Under the pieces are notes generated by a model. The model made no database searches. It saw nothing but the letters and a program-made list of their open reading frames with translations, and was not told where the DNA came from. A DNA stretch of 64,000 nt, from positions 721,639 through 785,638 of the forward strand of contig CP066693.1 in assembly GCA_016432525.1 (NCBI GenBank), read 5' to 3'. Position numbers and translations under genes: made by a program. This stretch comes from Candidatus Woesebacteria bacterium. Lineage in GTDB: Bacteria; Patescibacteriota; Microgenomatia; UBA8517. Shown piece after piece: positions 31,198 through 41,082 of the stretch (position 1 is the stretch's first letter; each line of letters starts with the position of its first letter).

Positions 31198-31719
31198 TTA
31201 ATTCGTTAAAATCTTTCCAAAATCCTCCCAATAAGGGTAATCGTGTGTATCAGCCAGTTTCTTAACAAAATTATTAGTATTTGGAACTATGTTTTTGACA
31301 AACGCACTTACCTCATCAAAGCTTCCATGAGGGTCATCTGAATTTTGAAAATAGCTAACCTTATAAGTAGGAACTGTGGCCAGTGCTTCGTACAAACTCT
31401 TACTAGAAGCTCTTAAGTCGCTTAATGGAATACCGCATAGAATTATCTTATTTAAACTCAAAGGAATTTCTTGAATTAAGTACATACAAACCAAAGTTCC
31501 AATAGATTTAGCCAAGATATTTATCTCGTCATTTTTATTATCTTCAATAATTTTTTTAGCTTCTTCGAGCGCCATAAAGTCGTTGGAGTTTCCTGATTCC
31601 CAATGTTTCCAATTAATTATTTCAATTGGATCATGGATTTTTTGTCCCAAATAATATTTTGCCTGCTCAGCCCAAGCACGATTTATCTTCGAAAAACCAG
31701 GTAAAATTATAGTTTTCAT
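31198..31719 (-). CDS. Small alpha/beta-hydrolase fold protein (YdeN/RBBP9-like serine hydrolase)
   Basis: 173 aa, ILPGF, nucleophile elbow AKSIG. Confidence 0.4.
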   Translation of the reverse strand: MKTIILPGFSKINRAWAEQAKYYLGQKIHDPIEIINWKHWESGNSNDFMALEEAKKIIEDNKNDEINILAKSIGTLVCMYLIQEIPLSLNKIILCGIPLSDLRASSKSLYEALATVPTYKVSYFQNSDDPHGSFDEVSAFVKNIVPNTNNFVKKLADTHDYPYWEDFGKILTN

Positions 31720-31807
31720 CCTCTAAAACATACTAAAACTTGACATTTAAGTCAACCTATAATATCCTATAACTCTATCGGTAAATTAACTTTGAAAGGT
31801 TTTTTAC

Positions 31808-31981
31808 ATGGCAAGGTTGATATCTCAACCCATCGTTGTTTCCGAGGATGAGCTCGCTGAGATTAAACAATGGCACCAATCCAAGGCTCGAAGACCTGGA
31901 TTTGGCCAACCTCACAAGCACTCTTGGAAATGGTACAACATGTTAAGAACTAGAATTCTCCGAAAGTTCAACCTAGGATAA
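31808..31981 (+). CDS. Small basic hypothetical protein (57 aa)
   Basis: About 45% GC ORF in noncoding DNA, convergent on the recombinase 3' end. AAAGG 8 nt upstream of the ATG. Confidence 0.25.
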   Translation: MARLISQPIVVSEDELAEIKQWHQSKARRPGFGQPHKHSWKWYNMLRTRILRKFNLG

Positions 31982-32024
31982 TTTGCCCACAGGGGCCATG
32001 CAAATTCATTTGTGTGGCCCCGCC

Positions 32025-32993
32025 TTATCCTCCCTTCCCATGGAAAGCATCATGCACTTCTTTCAACTGTTTATTTGTTACATGCGTATAAATCTGAGTT
32101 GTAGCTATATTTTTGTGCCCAAGCATCTCCTGAACCGACCTTATGTCAGCTCCAGCCATCAGTAAATCTGTTGCAAAGCTATGTCTCATCACATGAGGGG
32201 TTACCTCAACTGGAAGTTTCACTTTTCTTGCATATTTTTTAATAATTCTCTGAATCGATCGGGGAGTGAGCCTCATTTTTTCATCGGAAACAGCAACATC
32301 AACTTTTCCCTTGTTGTGTCTTATAAAAAGTGGCTTAAAATGGTCATTTCTTGCATTGAGATAATTTTTTATCCAGTCCGAAGCTCTATTTGATAAAAAC
32401 ACAACCCTAGCTTTGCCTCCTTTTCCAACAACACCAAACTCACGTCTATCCAAATCTATTTTGTCACGATTTAAAGAAGTCAATTCAGAAACCCTAAGAC
32501 CAGTCGAAAAAAGCATTTCCAAAATTGCTTTATCTCTCTTACCATTTAACCCATAAAGGCTTGGAGATGATAAAAGTCTATCAATCTGCTCACCAGTTAA
32601 AAACTTTACCTGTCTATCTGAAATCTTAGGCAAATCAATTTTCTCAGGAGCAACAGTTTCATAATCATTTTTAGTCAGCCACTTAAAAAGCGAACGAAGT
32701 GCAATTATATGATAACCTTGAGTTCTTCGAGAAAGGATATTTCCATGAACGTCACTAAATTTTGCCAAATAGCCACGATATGAACGAATCTTATCTAAAT
32801 CTACAGAAGAAAGATCAGTTTCCGTGCCCAAAAACTTCAAAAATCTAAATAAATAATGCTTATAGTTTCGAAGGGTTAGGGGACTGCATCCTTTCTCCAC
32901 CTCCAAATAACTTAAAAAGTCATATATTAAGGAAGATAAATTTTTAGATTTTTTAAAGGCAGTCATTAAATCTAAGTCTAATTTTAGCTTCAT
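32025..32993 (-). CDS. Tyrosine site-specific recombinase (XerC/XerD-like)
   Basis: 322 aa. N-terminal SAM-like core-binding domain. Catalytic HVMRHSFAT ... GH ... TQIYTHV (R..HxxR..Y). Confidence 0.85.
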   Translation of the reverse strand: MKLKLDLDLMTAFKKSKNLSSLIYDFLSYLEVEKGCSPLTLRNYKHYLFRFLKFLGTETDLSSVDLDKIRSYRGYLAKFSDVHGNILSRRTQGYHIIALRSLFKWLTKNDYETVAPEKIDLPKISDRQVKFLTGEQIDRLLSSPSLYGLNGKRDKAILEMLFSTGLRVSELTSLNRDKIDLDRREFGVVGKGGKARVVFLSNRASDWIKNYLNARNDHFKPLFIRHNKGKVDVAVSDEKMRLTPRSIQRIIKKYARKVKLPVEVTPHVMRHSFATDLLMAGADIRSVQEMLGHKNIATTQIYTHVTNKQLKEVHDAFHGKGG

Positions 32994-33358
32994 TTTTTAC
33001 TAAAATCAATCAGAAAATTCCACGCCTAGATAAAGCTATTAACTTCGGATAAGATTCGGTCAAGGCAAAAATCAACTTATTTGTATATTAGAGAAAAACT
33101 TCAAAGAGGATTCACCAAATCGCCTACAATTCGTGTAAATCCATGATTGGGACATCTTATACGTCCAAAAAAGCCCCTTCTCTAATGCGATTACATGATG
33201 TCGCAAAAGTATTATTGTGCGACTATATAAAATCGTTATATAAACTACTATTTCATAAAGAGAACAGGCCTTTATCTCTCTTGATTCACTAACTAGTAAA
33301 ACTCTTACTGTCTCTTTTTAAAGCTTGTGTAATCTATGCAGATCTTATGAATTTTTAT

Positions 33359-33410
33359 TTATTCGTGAAAATCCTATAACTTTTCCGTGAAAATCTATCC
33401 TATAACTCCT
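33359..33410. repeat. Tandem direct repeat CGTGAAAATC(CTAT)CCTATAACT x2 in a 480-bp AT-rich noncoding region
   Basis: Two copies about 25 bp apart, upstream of the recombinase gene. A GTCGCA-12nt-TGCGAC inverted repeat lies at about 33200. Confidence 0.5.
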
Positions 33411-33473
33411 CTACTCGATGTATAAAACTATATCATTTAAAGCCAACTTGAAGCCCCTCTCCCCTCTTTTTTG

Positions 33474-34244
33474 TCACCCCCATTTTGTGGCGAATAAAAC
33501 AGTTAAAAAAACTACTGTTCCAACGATCAAATACTCTTGAGCAGTTTGCTTAAAAAGTCGAGCCTCGAGTTGAGCCTGTCCCAGGCCTAATAAGACATAA
33601 ACTGAAACAGTCATAAAAAGTGATCCAACCACAACCGTTACTGGCCAAAAATACAAAAGTGCCGAAAGTTCGGAACAAAGTAAGCCAAAAACAATACTAT
33701 AAGTTAATATATTATTTTTGATTAATTCACCCTCAAGTAAACTCTGCCATAATCCCTGTAAAAAAAGCGGTAAAGTTATCGCAAACGTCCCAATAGCATT
33801 AACAAAGACAGATGACCGCAAAGAAAATAATGAATCAAAAAGTAAAAATGAAGTAAGTAGAGTTAAAACAAAAGAAACACCCTTAGCCGCACGAGATAAA
33901 GCAATAGTCCGAATTGCAGAGACAGTAAAAATATTAGCAGTCAAAAATAGAGCGTAATTTCCTATTCCATACAAAACTACAACCGGAAGCCTTGCATATA
34001 AAGACGAAGGCAGAAGGAACCAAAAAATTCCCACCCCCAAGGTAAACATTGGCTGTAAAATTAATGTCAAAAGTGTGGTATTAAAAGCCAAACCTTCATA
34101 CAAAGACCAAGAAGAAAGAATTAAAGTTAAAAGTGTTAAAACCGCAATCGTCCAAAAACGATAATTATTATCCAAAAAATTAATTAATAAAAACCCAACA
34201 GATAGAATAATTGAAGATATTACGAACTTTTTCCTTTTGGTCAT
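33474..34244 (-). CDS. Polytopic membrane protein, unknown function
   Basis: 256 aa with at least 7 predicted TM helices. Confidence 0.4.
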   Translation of the reverse strand: MTKRKKFVISSIILSVGFLLINFLDNNYRFWTIAVLTLLTLILSSWSLYEGLAFNTTLLTLILQPMFTLGVGIFWFLLPSSLYARLPVVVLYGIGNYALFLTANIFTVSAIRTIALSRAAKGVSFVLTLLTSFLLFDSLFSLRSSVFVNAIGTFAITLPLFLQGLWQSLLEGELIKNNILTYSIVFGLLCSELSALLYFWPVTVVVGSLFMTVSVYVLLGLGQAQLEARLFKQTAQEYLIVGTVVFLTVLFATKWG

Positions 34245-34246
34245 AT

Positions 34247-34960
34247 TTAAGCTGAGGCAACATTTGAAAATACTCTTTGTACGTCATCGTGAGATTCCAA
34301 GTTTTTCATAAATCCATCAAATCTCTCCATTTGATCAGAAGTAAGTTTCTGGTATGTTTTTGGCTTTTGAATAAGTTCAAAATTCGAAACACTAAATCCT
34401 TTTGCCTCAACTTTTGATTTCATCTCAAAAAGATCGTGTGTTTCTACATAAGCAAAATATTCCCCATCTTTTTCTTCAACATCGGTTACTCCCAAATCAA
34501 TTAAAGTTAAAATATCATTCTCAGAAGAATCTTTTTTATTAACAACAATTAGTCCCTTAGGTTCAAAATTAAAAGATACAGACCCGAGGCCCGTTAGCTT
34601 CCCCCCTCCCCTTTCCAAAACATTTTTTATTTCCTGCCCAGTTCTATTTCTATTATCAGATGCAACTAAAATCACAAGTGAAGTACCAAACGGTCCAAAA
34701 CCTTCATAACTTACTTGCTCTAGTGCCTCTCCCCCTCTCCCTTTTGCAATAGCCCGATCTATATTATCTTTTGGCATATTTCCATTTCTAGCTCGGTCGA
34801 TTGCAATTCGTAAAGTCAAATTTGAATCAGGACTATCAGATCCTCCAGTTTTTACAGCAATAGTAATAGCTTTTGAAAGTTTTGAAAAAAGTTTTCCTCG
34901 TACTGCGTCGTTTGCTTCTTTTTGCCTATGGGTCGTCGCCCATTTAGAATGTCCACTCAT
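34247..34960 (-). CDS. YebC/PmpR family DNA-binding regulator
   Basis: MSGHSKWATTHRQK N-terminus. Start placed at the internal Met of the track ORF. Confidence 0.85.
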   Translation of the reverse strand: MSGHSKWATTHRQKEANDAVRGKLFSKLSKAITIAVKTGGSDSPDSNLTLRIAIDRARNGNMPKDNIDRAIAKGRGGEALEQVSYEGFGPFGTSLVILVASDNRNRTGQEIKNVLERGGGKLTGLGSVSFNFEPKGLIVVNKKDSSENDILTLIDLGVTDVEEKDGEYFAYVETHDLFEMKSKVEAKGFSVSNFELIQKPKTYQKLTSDQMERFDGFMKNLESHDDVQRVFSNVASA

Positions 34961-35024
34961 CGCGTTATTATAGCATCTTGACTTTAAATTGGCACTGTCT
35001 ATACTACTTAAAAGCGAACCTGCC

Positions 35025-35612
35025 ATGGATATAGACCTGACCCAAGAAGCAATTCAAGAAGCTGTAAATGGTAATTGGGAAAGAGCAAAAAAAATAAACG
35101 AAAATATTTTAAAAAAATCCCCCAATGATATAAATACCCTCAATCGTCTTGCGCGAACCTTTGCGGAATTAGGCGAAGTTGAAAAGGCTCAAAAATATAG
35201 CCAAAAAGTTCTAAAAATTGACCCTAAAAATTCAATTGCCTTAAATTGCATTAAGAAATGGAAGAGCTTTAAAAAAGGCGTAGTTAACACAAAAAAGAAG
35301 GTAACAAACGGAAGAATTTTCCTAGAGATTCCCGGTAAGACAAAAATTATAAAACTTGTAAATTTAGGAGATACCAAAACTCTTGCTAAGCTTGATTGCG
35401 GTGACGAAGTTGTAATGGTTTTTCACCCTCACTCCGTCTCTATTATGACTCCCGACTCAAAATATATAGGACGTCTTCCTGATGATCTGGCAATTAAATT
35501 TATAAAACAAGTAAAAGATGGCCTTTCCTATGAAGCTTTCTTAAAATCCGCACAAATTGATTCCATAACAATATTTGTTAAAGAACAAATTGTCTCCCTA
35601 AATACAATTTAA
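35025..35612 (+). CDS. TPR-repeat protein
   Basis: Two or three TPR-like repeats (ARTFAELGEVEKAQKYSQKVLKIDPKN). Confidence 0.5.
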   Translation: MDIDLTQEAIQEAVNGNWERAKKINENILKKSPNDINTLNRLARTFAELGEVEKAQKYSQKVLKIDPKNSIALNCIKKWKSFKKGVVNTKKKVTNGRIFLEIPGKTKIIKLVNLGDTKTLAKLDCGDEVVMVFHPHSVSIMTPDSKYIGRLPDDLAIKFIKQVKDGLSYEAFLKSAQIDSITIFVKEQIVSLNTI

Positions 35613-36516
35613 ATTCACCGTCTCCCAAATCAGGCGCAATTTGTATAGAACACCCCAAAATTCTCTGAAACTCAAAGGCTGCTTCTTTGTCTCTTGCCTC
35701 AACTTGGCAATTAAAATCAGATGAACCTTTTGAAAAACTTCCAATGACTTTGGCACCCATCATCTCCAAAAGCATTCCAACACCAACAATTTTATCGTTA
35801 GCTAATTGGCCCTGGTTAAAAATAGAAACAGTTGCACTCTTGGAAGAAAGAACCGGGTCTGCAAAAGCAGAAACTATTTCGCTTTGAATGTTAGAATTAG
35901 AAATCCTAAATCCACGGTCACCGTCAGGTAAAACAGCCTCCTCAAGAAGCGATGTTTCTTTTAAATCTGAAAAATCTCTACGACTTGTATTAGACATCAA
36001 GAAAATGTTTATTTTGTCCCAAAAACTAAGATTTGTTTTATACGAAGAAAATAACGAAGATAAACTCGCTCCAAATCCTCCACTTAGAAAACCATTTGCT
36101 TCGTATGAAGCCCAACTATCAACTGGAAAATAAAAAGATTTAGCCAAAGTTTCAGACAAAAGTTTTCCATAAAGTTTTTCATCTATTCCAAGTCTCCAAA
36201 TACTTTTTATTTTCCAAAAACCTAAATTTCTAGATGCGGATACTAAAGTCTCAGATGGAATTTTAAAAGAAGTAATCGAGTTACTCCTGTTGTTAAAAAC
36301 ATTAACGCTTACTCCCCCATCAGAAAGAGGAATTGCAAGTATTATTCTTCGCCTGTGAGAATTTACTACAAACCCAAAAATTAAGCATAAACCAACAAAT
36401 AAACTCGCAAAAATTATCAAATGTCTCTTAAGCTTGGCAAAATTTTTTCCAATACGAATGACAGGTTTTTTCTTTGTTTTTTCAAGCTTACGCTTAACGA
36501 GCCTACTTTGTTTCAT
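35578..36516 (-). CDS. LCP (LytR-CpsA-Psr) family protein with LytR_C-like C-terminal domain
   Basis: N-terminal TM. ILAIPLSDGGVSVNV resembles the LCP core. C-terminus VSIFNQG...GAKV resembles LytR_C. Confidence 0.5.
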   Translation of the reverse strand: MKQSRLVKRKLEKTKKKPVIRIGKNFAKLKRHLIIFASLFVGLCLIFGFVVNSHRRRIILAIPLSDGGVSVNVFNNRSNSITSFKIPSETLVSASRNLGFWKIKSIWRLGIDEKLYGKLLSETLAKSFYFPVDSWASYEANGFLSGGFGASLSSLFSSYKTNLSFWDKINIFLMSNTSRRDFSDLKETSLLEEAVLPDGDRGFRISNSNIQSEIVSAFADPVLSSKSATVSIFNQGQLANDKIVGVGMLLEMMGAKVIGSFSKGSSDFNCQVEARDKEAAFEFQRILGCSIQIAPDLGDGEFKLYLGRQFVL

Positions 36517-36518
36517 AT

Positions 36519-38186
36519 CTAAATCGTGGCCATTAACCTTTCAAAGTGATGTTTCCCTTTTATTTGAAGTTTGGATTTCGACCCAAGATATGTTTGTAGA
36601 ATATGCCTAATATGCTCACTTGCCGCACTCTCAGGAACAACAACATATGATGCCCCCATCTCATATAACCTTAAAGCATCTGTTTTTGTGGAAGCTGTAA
36701 AAATACTTATCGGTTTATTCTCTGTTTTATTAAATTCAGAAAGGATAACTAAATTATCATTAAGTCTTGATATTGTAGAAACAATAGCTTTCGCTTTAGA
36801 AATCTGAGCAGAAGATAAAATTTCAGGGTCAGACGCATCCCCAAAAACAAAAGGGATTGAGAGACTGGCAAGGCTTGAAATAACTTCAGGATTAAAATCA
36901 ATTACCACAAATTCCTTTTTATGTTTCATAAAGTAAGAAAGCAAATTTTTTCCAGTACGATCACAGCCAATTAAAATTATATGGTTTGAAAAATCGTGAA
37001 CTTCCTGTGGATAAACTTCAGAAATTTTGTTTCTTTCAAAAATCGATAGATATTTTGAAAGATGCTTGTAAATTAAATCTGCGTATCTATCCAAGTAAGT
37101 AGAAACAACCATAGTAATAAGGCCAACTAAAACTACCAATGTAACAACTTCGCTATTTATATGTTTAAGCGTTAAACCCAAGCTCATTAATATAAATGAA
37201 AACTCCGATATTTGAGATGATCCAATTGAAACTAAAAAAGAAGTTTTCTTCTTGAAACCCAAAAACCTTAAAATAGTAAGTTCAATCAAAGGTTTAATTA
37301 AAATAACAAAAAAGCTAAATCCCAAAAAAGGAATCAAAATATTTGATATTCCAGAGTTTAAATTGGCTCGCATTCCCAAAAGCAAGAAAAATATTACCAA
37401 GAAAAAGTCTCTTAAAGGTCTAGTTTTTGACGCGATATGTGTGTGTTGAGAAAGCGTTGAAAGTGTAATCCCAGCCAGAAAACCTCCAATTTCAAGGTTA
37501 AATCCAAACGGTCCAGCAACAACAGCAGAAAAAACCAATGCCCATGAAATACTAAAAACAAAACTAAGCTCAGCTGACGCTGAAATATAAGCAAAAACAA
37601 CAGGCATCGCCTTTTTTGCCAAAAACCATACGAGAACTAAAAGCCCAACTGCTTTAGCAATTAGAGAGATATAAAAATTAGGATCAGTATGAGATCCTCC
37701 TCCAAGAAAAATCAAAATTAGTATTGCAAATAAATCCTGAACCAAAAGATACCCTAAAGAAACTTTTCCATAAAGGCTATTTAGTTCCCTTTTTTCAGAC
37801 AAAAGAGTTACTGCAATAATTGTCGATGAAAAGGTTAGAGAAAATGCAATATACAAAGACGGAACAGTTCCAAATCCAAATATTTTAGAAAGTAAAAATC
37901 CCAAAATCGAAGTGGCAATAATTTGGAAAAATCCAAAAACAAAAGATGTTCTCCCAATTTTTTTGATATCTGAGATGTCCATTTCAAGACCAACCAAAAA
38001 TAAAAGAAGGGAAACACCAATTTCTCCCAAATCAAGAATTTTTGAATCTTTGGTTAGAATTCCAAACCCTCCCAAAATAAGTCCTGCAAATACATATCCA
38101 ACTATCAAAGGCTGTTTTAATTTAAAGGATATAATCGCAAACAAACAGGCCATTCCAAAAAGTAGGGCTATTTGTGAAAACACCAT
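36519..38186 (-). CDS. Kef-type monovalent cation:proton antiporter (CPA2) with C-terminal RCK/TrkA-N domain
   Basis: Polytopic N-terminal domain. C-terminal Rossmann motif ILIGCDRTG. Confidence 0.8.
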   Translation of the reverse strand: MVFSQIALLFGMACLFAIISFKLKQPLIVGYVFAGLILGGFGILTKDSKILDLGEIGVSLLLFLVGLEMDISDIKKIGRTSFVFGFFQIIATSILGFLLSKIFGFGTVPSLYIAFSLTFSSTIIAVTLLSEKRELNSLYGKVSLGYLLVQDLFAILILIFLGGGSHTDPNFYISLIAKAVGLLVLVWFLAKKAMPVVFAYISASAELSFVFSISWALVFSAVVAGPFGFNLEIGGFLAGITLSTLSQHTHIASKTRPLRDFFLVIFFLLLGMRANLNSGISNILIPFLGFSFFVILIKPLIELTILRFLGFKKKTSFLVSIGSSQISEFSFILMSLGLTLKHINSEVVTLVVLVGLITMVVSTYLDRYADLIYKHLSKYLSIFERNKISEVYPQEVHDFSNHIILIGCDRTGKNLLSYFMKHKKEFVVIDFNPEVISSLASLSIPFVFGDASDPEILSSAQISKAKAIVSTISRLNDNLVILSEFNKTENKPISIFTASTKTDALRLYEMGASYVVVPESAASEHIRHILQTYLGSKSKLQIKGKHHFERLMATI

Positions 38187-38197
38187 GTATTAAAAGA

Positions 38198-38893
38198 TTA
38201 AAGGCTTTGGAGTACTTTTTCAAGATCATCTGATAGATTTGATTTATAAGTATTTCCAAAAATTTTAAGCTCCGTTGCGTGTAAAAAAAGCCTTGGGCAC
38301 CATTTCTTATCCGATCTCAATGTCTTGCGCCCAACATACAAAGGATCAGAAACAATTGGATGACCTAAGGATTTTAAATGAACACGGATCTGGTGAGTTC
38401 TGCCAGTTTTAGGCGTTAACTCCACTAAACTCAATTTTTCACCATCCTTTAGATACACTTTCAAAACCTTATAGTGCGTCTCTGCCTCTCTCCCCTCCTC
38501 TATTATTCCAAACTTTCTTCTATTTTTAGGAAGCCTACCAATTGGTTTATTAATAACCCCCTCATTCTCAGCCAATTCTCCATGAACCAAAGCAATATAC
38601 CTCTTTTCAACTTTCCTATCAAAAAATTCTTTTTGAAGCTTTTCAAAAAAAGCTTTGCTTTTTGCAACCAAAATTACCCCACTTGTCTCTTTATCAAGCC
38701 TGTGAACTATTCCAGATCGGAAATCTCTTAATCTAGAAGTCTCAAAGCTAAAACTTTTGGAGATTATACTCTGAAGAGTTTCACGACCGGTACTTTCGGA
38801 GTCATTAACAACAACACCTGCTGGTTTATTCAAAACTAAAATATCGTCATTTTCAAAAATTATCTCAGAAGGTTTCACTTCTTCCTCTCGCAT
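38198..38893 (-). CDS. RluA-family pseudouridine synthase
   Basis: HRLDKETSGVILVAKS catalytic motif. Confidence 0.85.
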   Translation of the reverse strand: MREEEVKPSEIIFENDDILVLNKPAGVVVNDSESTGRETLQSIISKSFSFETSRLRDFRSGIVHRLDKETSGVILVAKSKAFFEKLQKEFFDRKVEKRYIALVHGELAENEGVINKPIGRLPKNRRKFGIIEEGREAETHYKVLKVYLKDGEKLSLVELTPKTGRTHQIRVHLKSLGHPIVSDPLYVGRKTLRSDKKWCPRLFLHATELKIFGNTYKSNLSDDLEKVLQSL

Positions 38894-39258
38894 TTAATAC
38901 ATCTTGTAGCCTCAGGATAAACCATTAACCTATCCGTATCTATCATCTGACCACAATTCTCACAAATACCATACTTCCCTATCTTTATCCTGGTCAAAGC
39001 CTTTCTAGTTTGAATTATGCGCCTATCAATCTGCTCCTTGATTGCAGAAACTCGAGCATGTCCGAATTGTTCATCAGCCTCAATATCAGCTGCAGCATTA
39101 TCGTCAACCCGAGCTGTATTTCTAAAAGGATCATCTCTAGAAATTTTTTTCTTTCTTTTTTCTAAATTAGAAAGTTGAGATGATAGAAAATTAGAAACCG
39201 GCTTTAAAACTGTTGCTGGAAAAGTAGGTGGGTATTCCTTTTTGGTTTTTTTGCTCAT
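38875..39258 (-). CDS. DksA/TraR-family C4 zinc-finger protein
   Basis: CENCG...CIKCE C-terminal zinc finger. Confidence 0.65.
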   Translation of the reverse strand: MSKKTKKEYPPTFPATVLKPVSNFLSSQLSNLEKRKKKISRDDPFRNTARVDDNAAADIEADEQFGHARVSAIKEQIDRRIIQTRKALTRIKIGKYGICENCGQMIDTDRLMVYPEATRCIKCERKK

Positions 39259-39881
39259 ATTTTGGTTGCGAGATTATATATTATAAAGAAAAGTATAAAG
39301 GCAATGCTAACAGAAATTAAACTATCAATTCTACCCACAAATGATATCACGTTGGGAACTGTTATGGCAACGACCGACCTCGCTAAAAAAAACAAAGAGC
39401 TACAAAAAATCCCAGCAAACCCAACTTTTCCTGATTTATACCAGGAAAAAGTTTTATATTTCTTATCAAGAAAGAAAAAAAGTGCAACAAGTGCAAGAAC
39501 AAACAAAAAAACAATTAAAGAAAAAGCTTCGTGGTTTTCAACCGCGTAATTAAAAAATACAAACCCAAAAATCAAAATAAAAGAAACAAGGGCTGCTTCA
39601 AAAATTTCAAAAAAAACCAAATCCAGTTTTCTTGTAATCCAAAGACAAGAAACAACAAATCCCAAAAAAGCTCCCCAAAACCAAAGCTCGTTAGGATTGA
39701 AATAAAACACAGATCCTATACGGGAAGATATCATTTTAAAAATTAGAGATCCAATAGCTCCACTTAAAAGCATTCCAAAAAATGATTTAAATACAATCTC
39801 TGATGAATAATCCTCCTTAAGTCTCCTCCAATATAAAAAAAGTGAAAGCAATATCCCTAAAGTTAGTATTATTATTGACAT
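39255..39881 (-). CDS. Polytopic membrane protein, unknown
   Basis: 208 aa, about 6 TM helices. Confidence 0.35.
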   Translation of the reverse strand: MSIIILTLGILLSLFLYWRRLKEDYSSEIVFKSFFGMLLSGAIGSLIFKMISSRIGSVFYFNPNELWFWGAFLGFVVSCLWITRKLDLVFFEIFEAALVSFILIFGFVFFNYAVENHEAFSLIVFLFVLALVALFFFLDKKYKTFSWYKSGKVGFAGIFCSSLFFLARSVVAITVPNVISFVGRIDSLISVSIAFILFFIIYNLATKI

Positions 39882-39914
39882 CGCAAGGTCTCAAATTATA
39901 TCATATATCTTACC

Positions 39915-40373
39915 GTGCTCGAGACACCTCATGTAATAGTTGGAATCGCAATCGCAACCAAAGTATCAAATCCACTTTTGTCGGTTCCTCTTTCTTTGGC
40001 CAGCCATTTCGTGCTCGATGTTCTTCCCCATTGGAATCCTCATATAAATCGTGAGATTAAAAAATACGGCCATCCAACAAAAGAAAGCGTTAGAATAATA
40101 ACAGTCGATTCAATCTTAGCTTTGGGCTTAGGACTCTCTTTCGCATTCAAATCCCCTGCTCTTTCTCAGACAGCAAATATTTTGCTCTGTTCTTTTGCGT
40201 CAGCTCTTCCAGATATCGTCGAGGCTCCTTATTATTTTTTGCACCATAAAACCACAATTATAGAAAAATGGATTGCCTGGCAAAAATCAATTCAAAACGA
40301 CGCAGAGCCTTTTGTTGGACTTCTAACACAACTGGCCATCATCATGGCTGCCTGTTTTTGGATACTTTTCTAA
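39915..40373 (+). CDS. YdjM/DUF457-like membrane-bound metal-dependent hydrolase
   Basis: MLETPHVIVG ... SHFVLDVLPHW. Confidence 0.4.
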   Translation: MLETPHVIVGIAIATKVSNPLLSVPLSLASHFVLDVLPHWNPHINREIKKYGHPTKESVRIITVDSILALGLGLSFAFKSPALSQTANILLCSFASALPDIVEAPYYFLHHKTTIIEKWIAWQKSIQNDAEPFVGLLTQLAIIMAACFWILF

Positions 40374-40376
40374 AAA

Positions 40377-40934
40377 CTATTTTGCTCGCTCAACATACTC
40401 AGAAGTTCTTGTGTCAACTATAATTTTATCACCTGTGTTTATAAAAAGAGGAACTTTGATTGTAAATCCATTCTCAAGTTTTGCACTCTTATAAAAATTG
40501 GATGCAGAATTTCCTTTTACTCCAGGATCAGTTTCGGCAACTACCAAAGTAATTTTTGGTGCAAGCTCAAAAGATAAAGGTTTTTCATCCCAAAACAAAA
40601 TGTCAACTTTCTCTCCCTCTTTAATGAATGCAATTTGATCAGCAATTACACTTAAAGGTATCTCAATTTGTTCGAAATTATCATCCATAAAATAGGCACT
40701 CGTACTGTCATTATAAAGATATTGAAGCCTTTTTTTTGTTGTAATTGCTTCTTCAAGTTTGGCATTAGATGAATATGATTGCTCACTCGTTGATCCGCTT
40801 TCAAGATTTCGAGCTGAAATCTTTACTGTCGCCCCACCTCTTCCCATTTTTATAAGAGAATATCTCAAAACTCGGAAAGGCTTTCCATCTTTCAAAAAAG
40901 TTACTCCGTTCTTTAGATCAGTTGCATTAATCAT
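40377..40934 (-). CDS. efp: Elongation factor P
   Basis: 185 aa, KPFRVLRYSLIKMGRGGATVK. Confidence 0.9.
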   Translation of the reverse strand: MINATDLKNGVTFLKDGKPFRVLRYSLIKMGRGGATVKISARNLESGSTSEQSYSSNAKLEEAITTKKRLQYLYNDSTSAYFMDDNFEQIEIPLSVIADQIAFIKEGEKVDILFWDEKPLSFELAPKITLVVAETDPGVKGNSASNFYKSAKLENGFTIKVPLFINTGDKIIVDTRTSEYVERAK

Positions 40935-40997
40935 AATGGATGTATTTTAGCAAAATTATGCCTATCCTGCCAGAAGATGATAAAATACAGGTGTTAA

Positions 40998-41082
40998 GCC
41001 GAGGTGCTGGAATGGTAGACAGGCTAGTCTCAAAAACTAGTGGGGTTCACTCCTCGTGAGGGTTCGACTCCCTCCCTCGGCA
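40998..41082 (+). tRNA. tRNA-Leu(CAA)
   Basis: Acceptor GCCGAGG/CCTCGGC, anticodon arm CTAGT-CUCAAAA-ACTAG (anticodon CAA), long variable arm, T-arm GAGGG-TTCGACT-CCCTC, discriminator A. CCA not encoded. Confidence 0.85.

Noticed and set aside
31808-31981. Ribosomal-protein identity for the 57-aa basic ORF
   Set aside because: Does not match bL33, bL35, bL36, bS21 or bL34 signatures. Kept only as a low-confidence hypothetical.
39262-39746. Three K/N-rich plus-strand ORFs antisense to the membrane protein gene 39255-39881
   Set aside because: Poly-A/T-driven frames with low complexity and no start signals.
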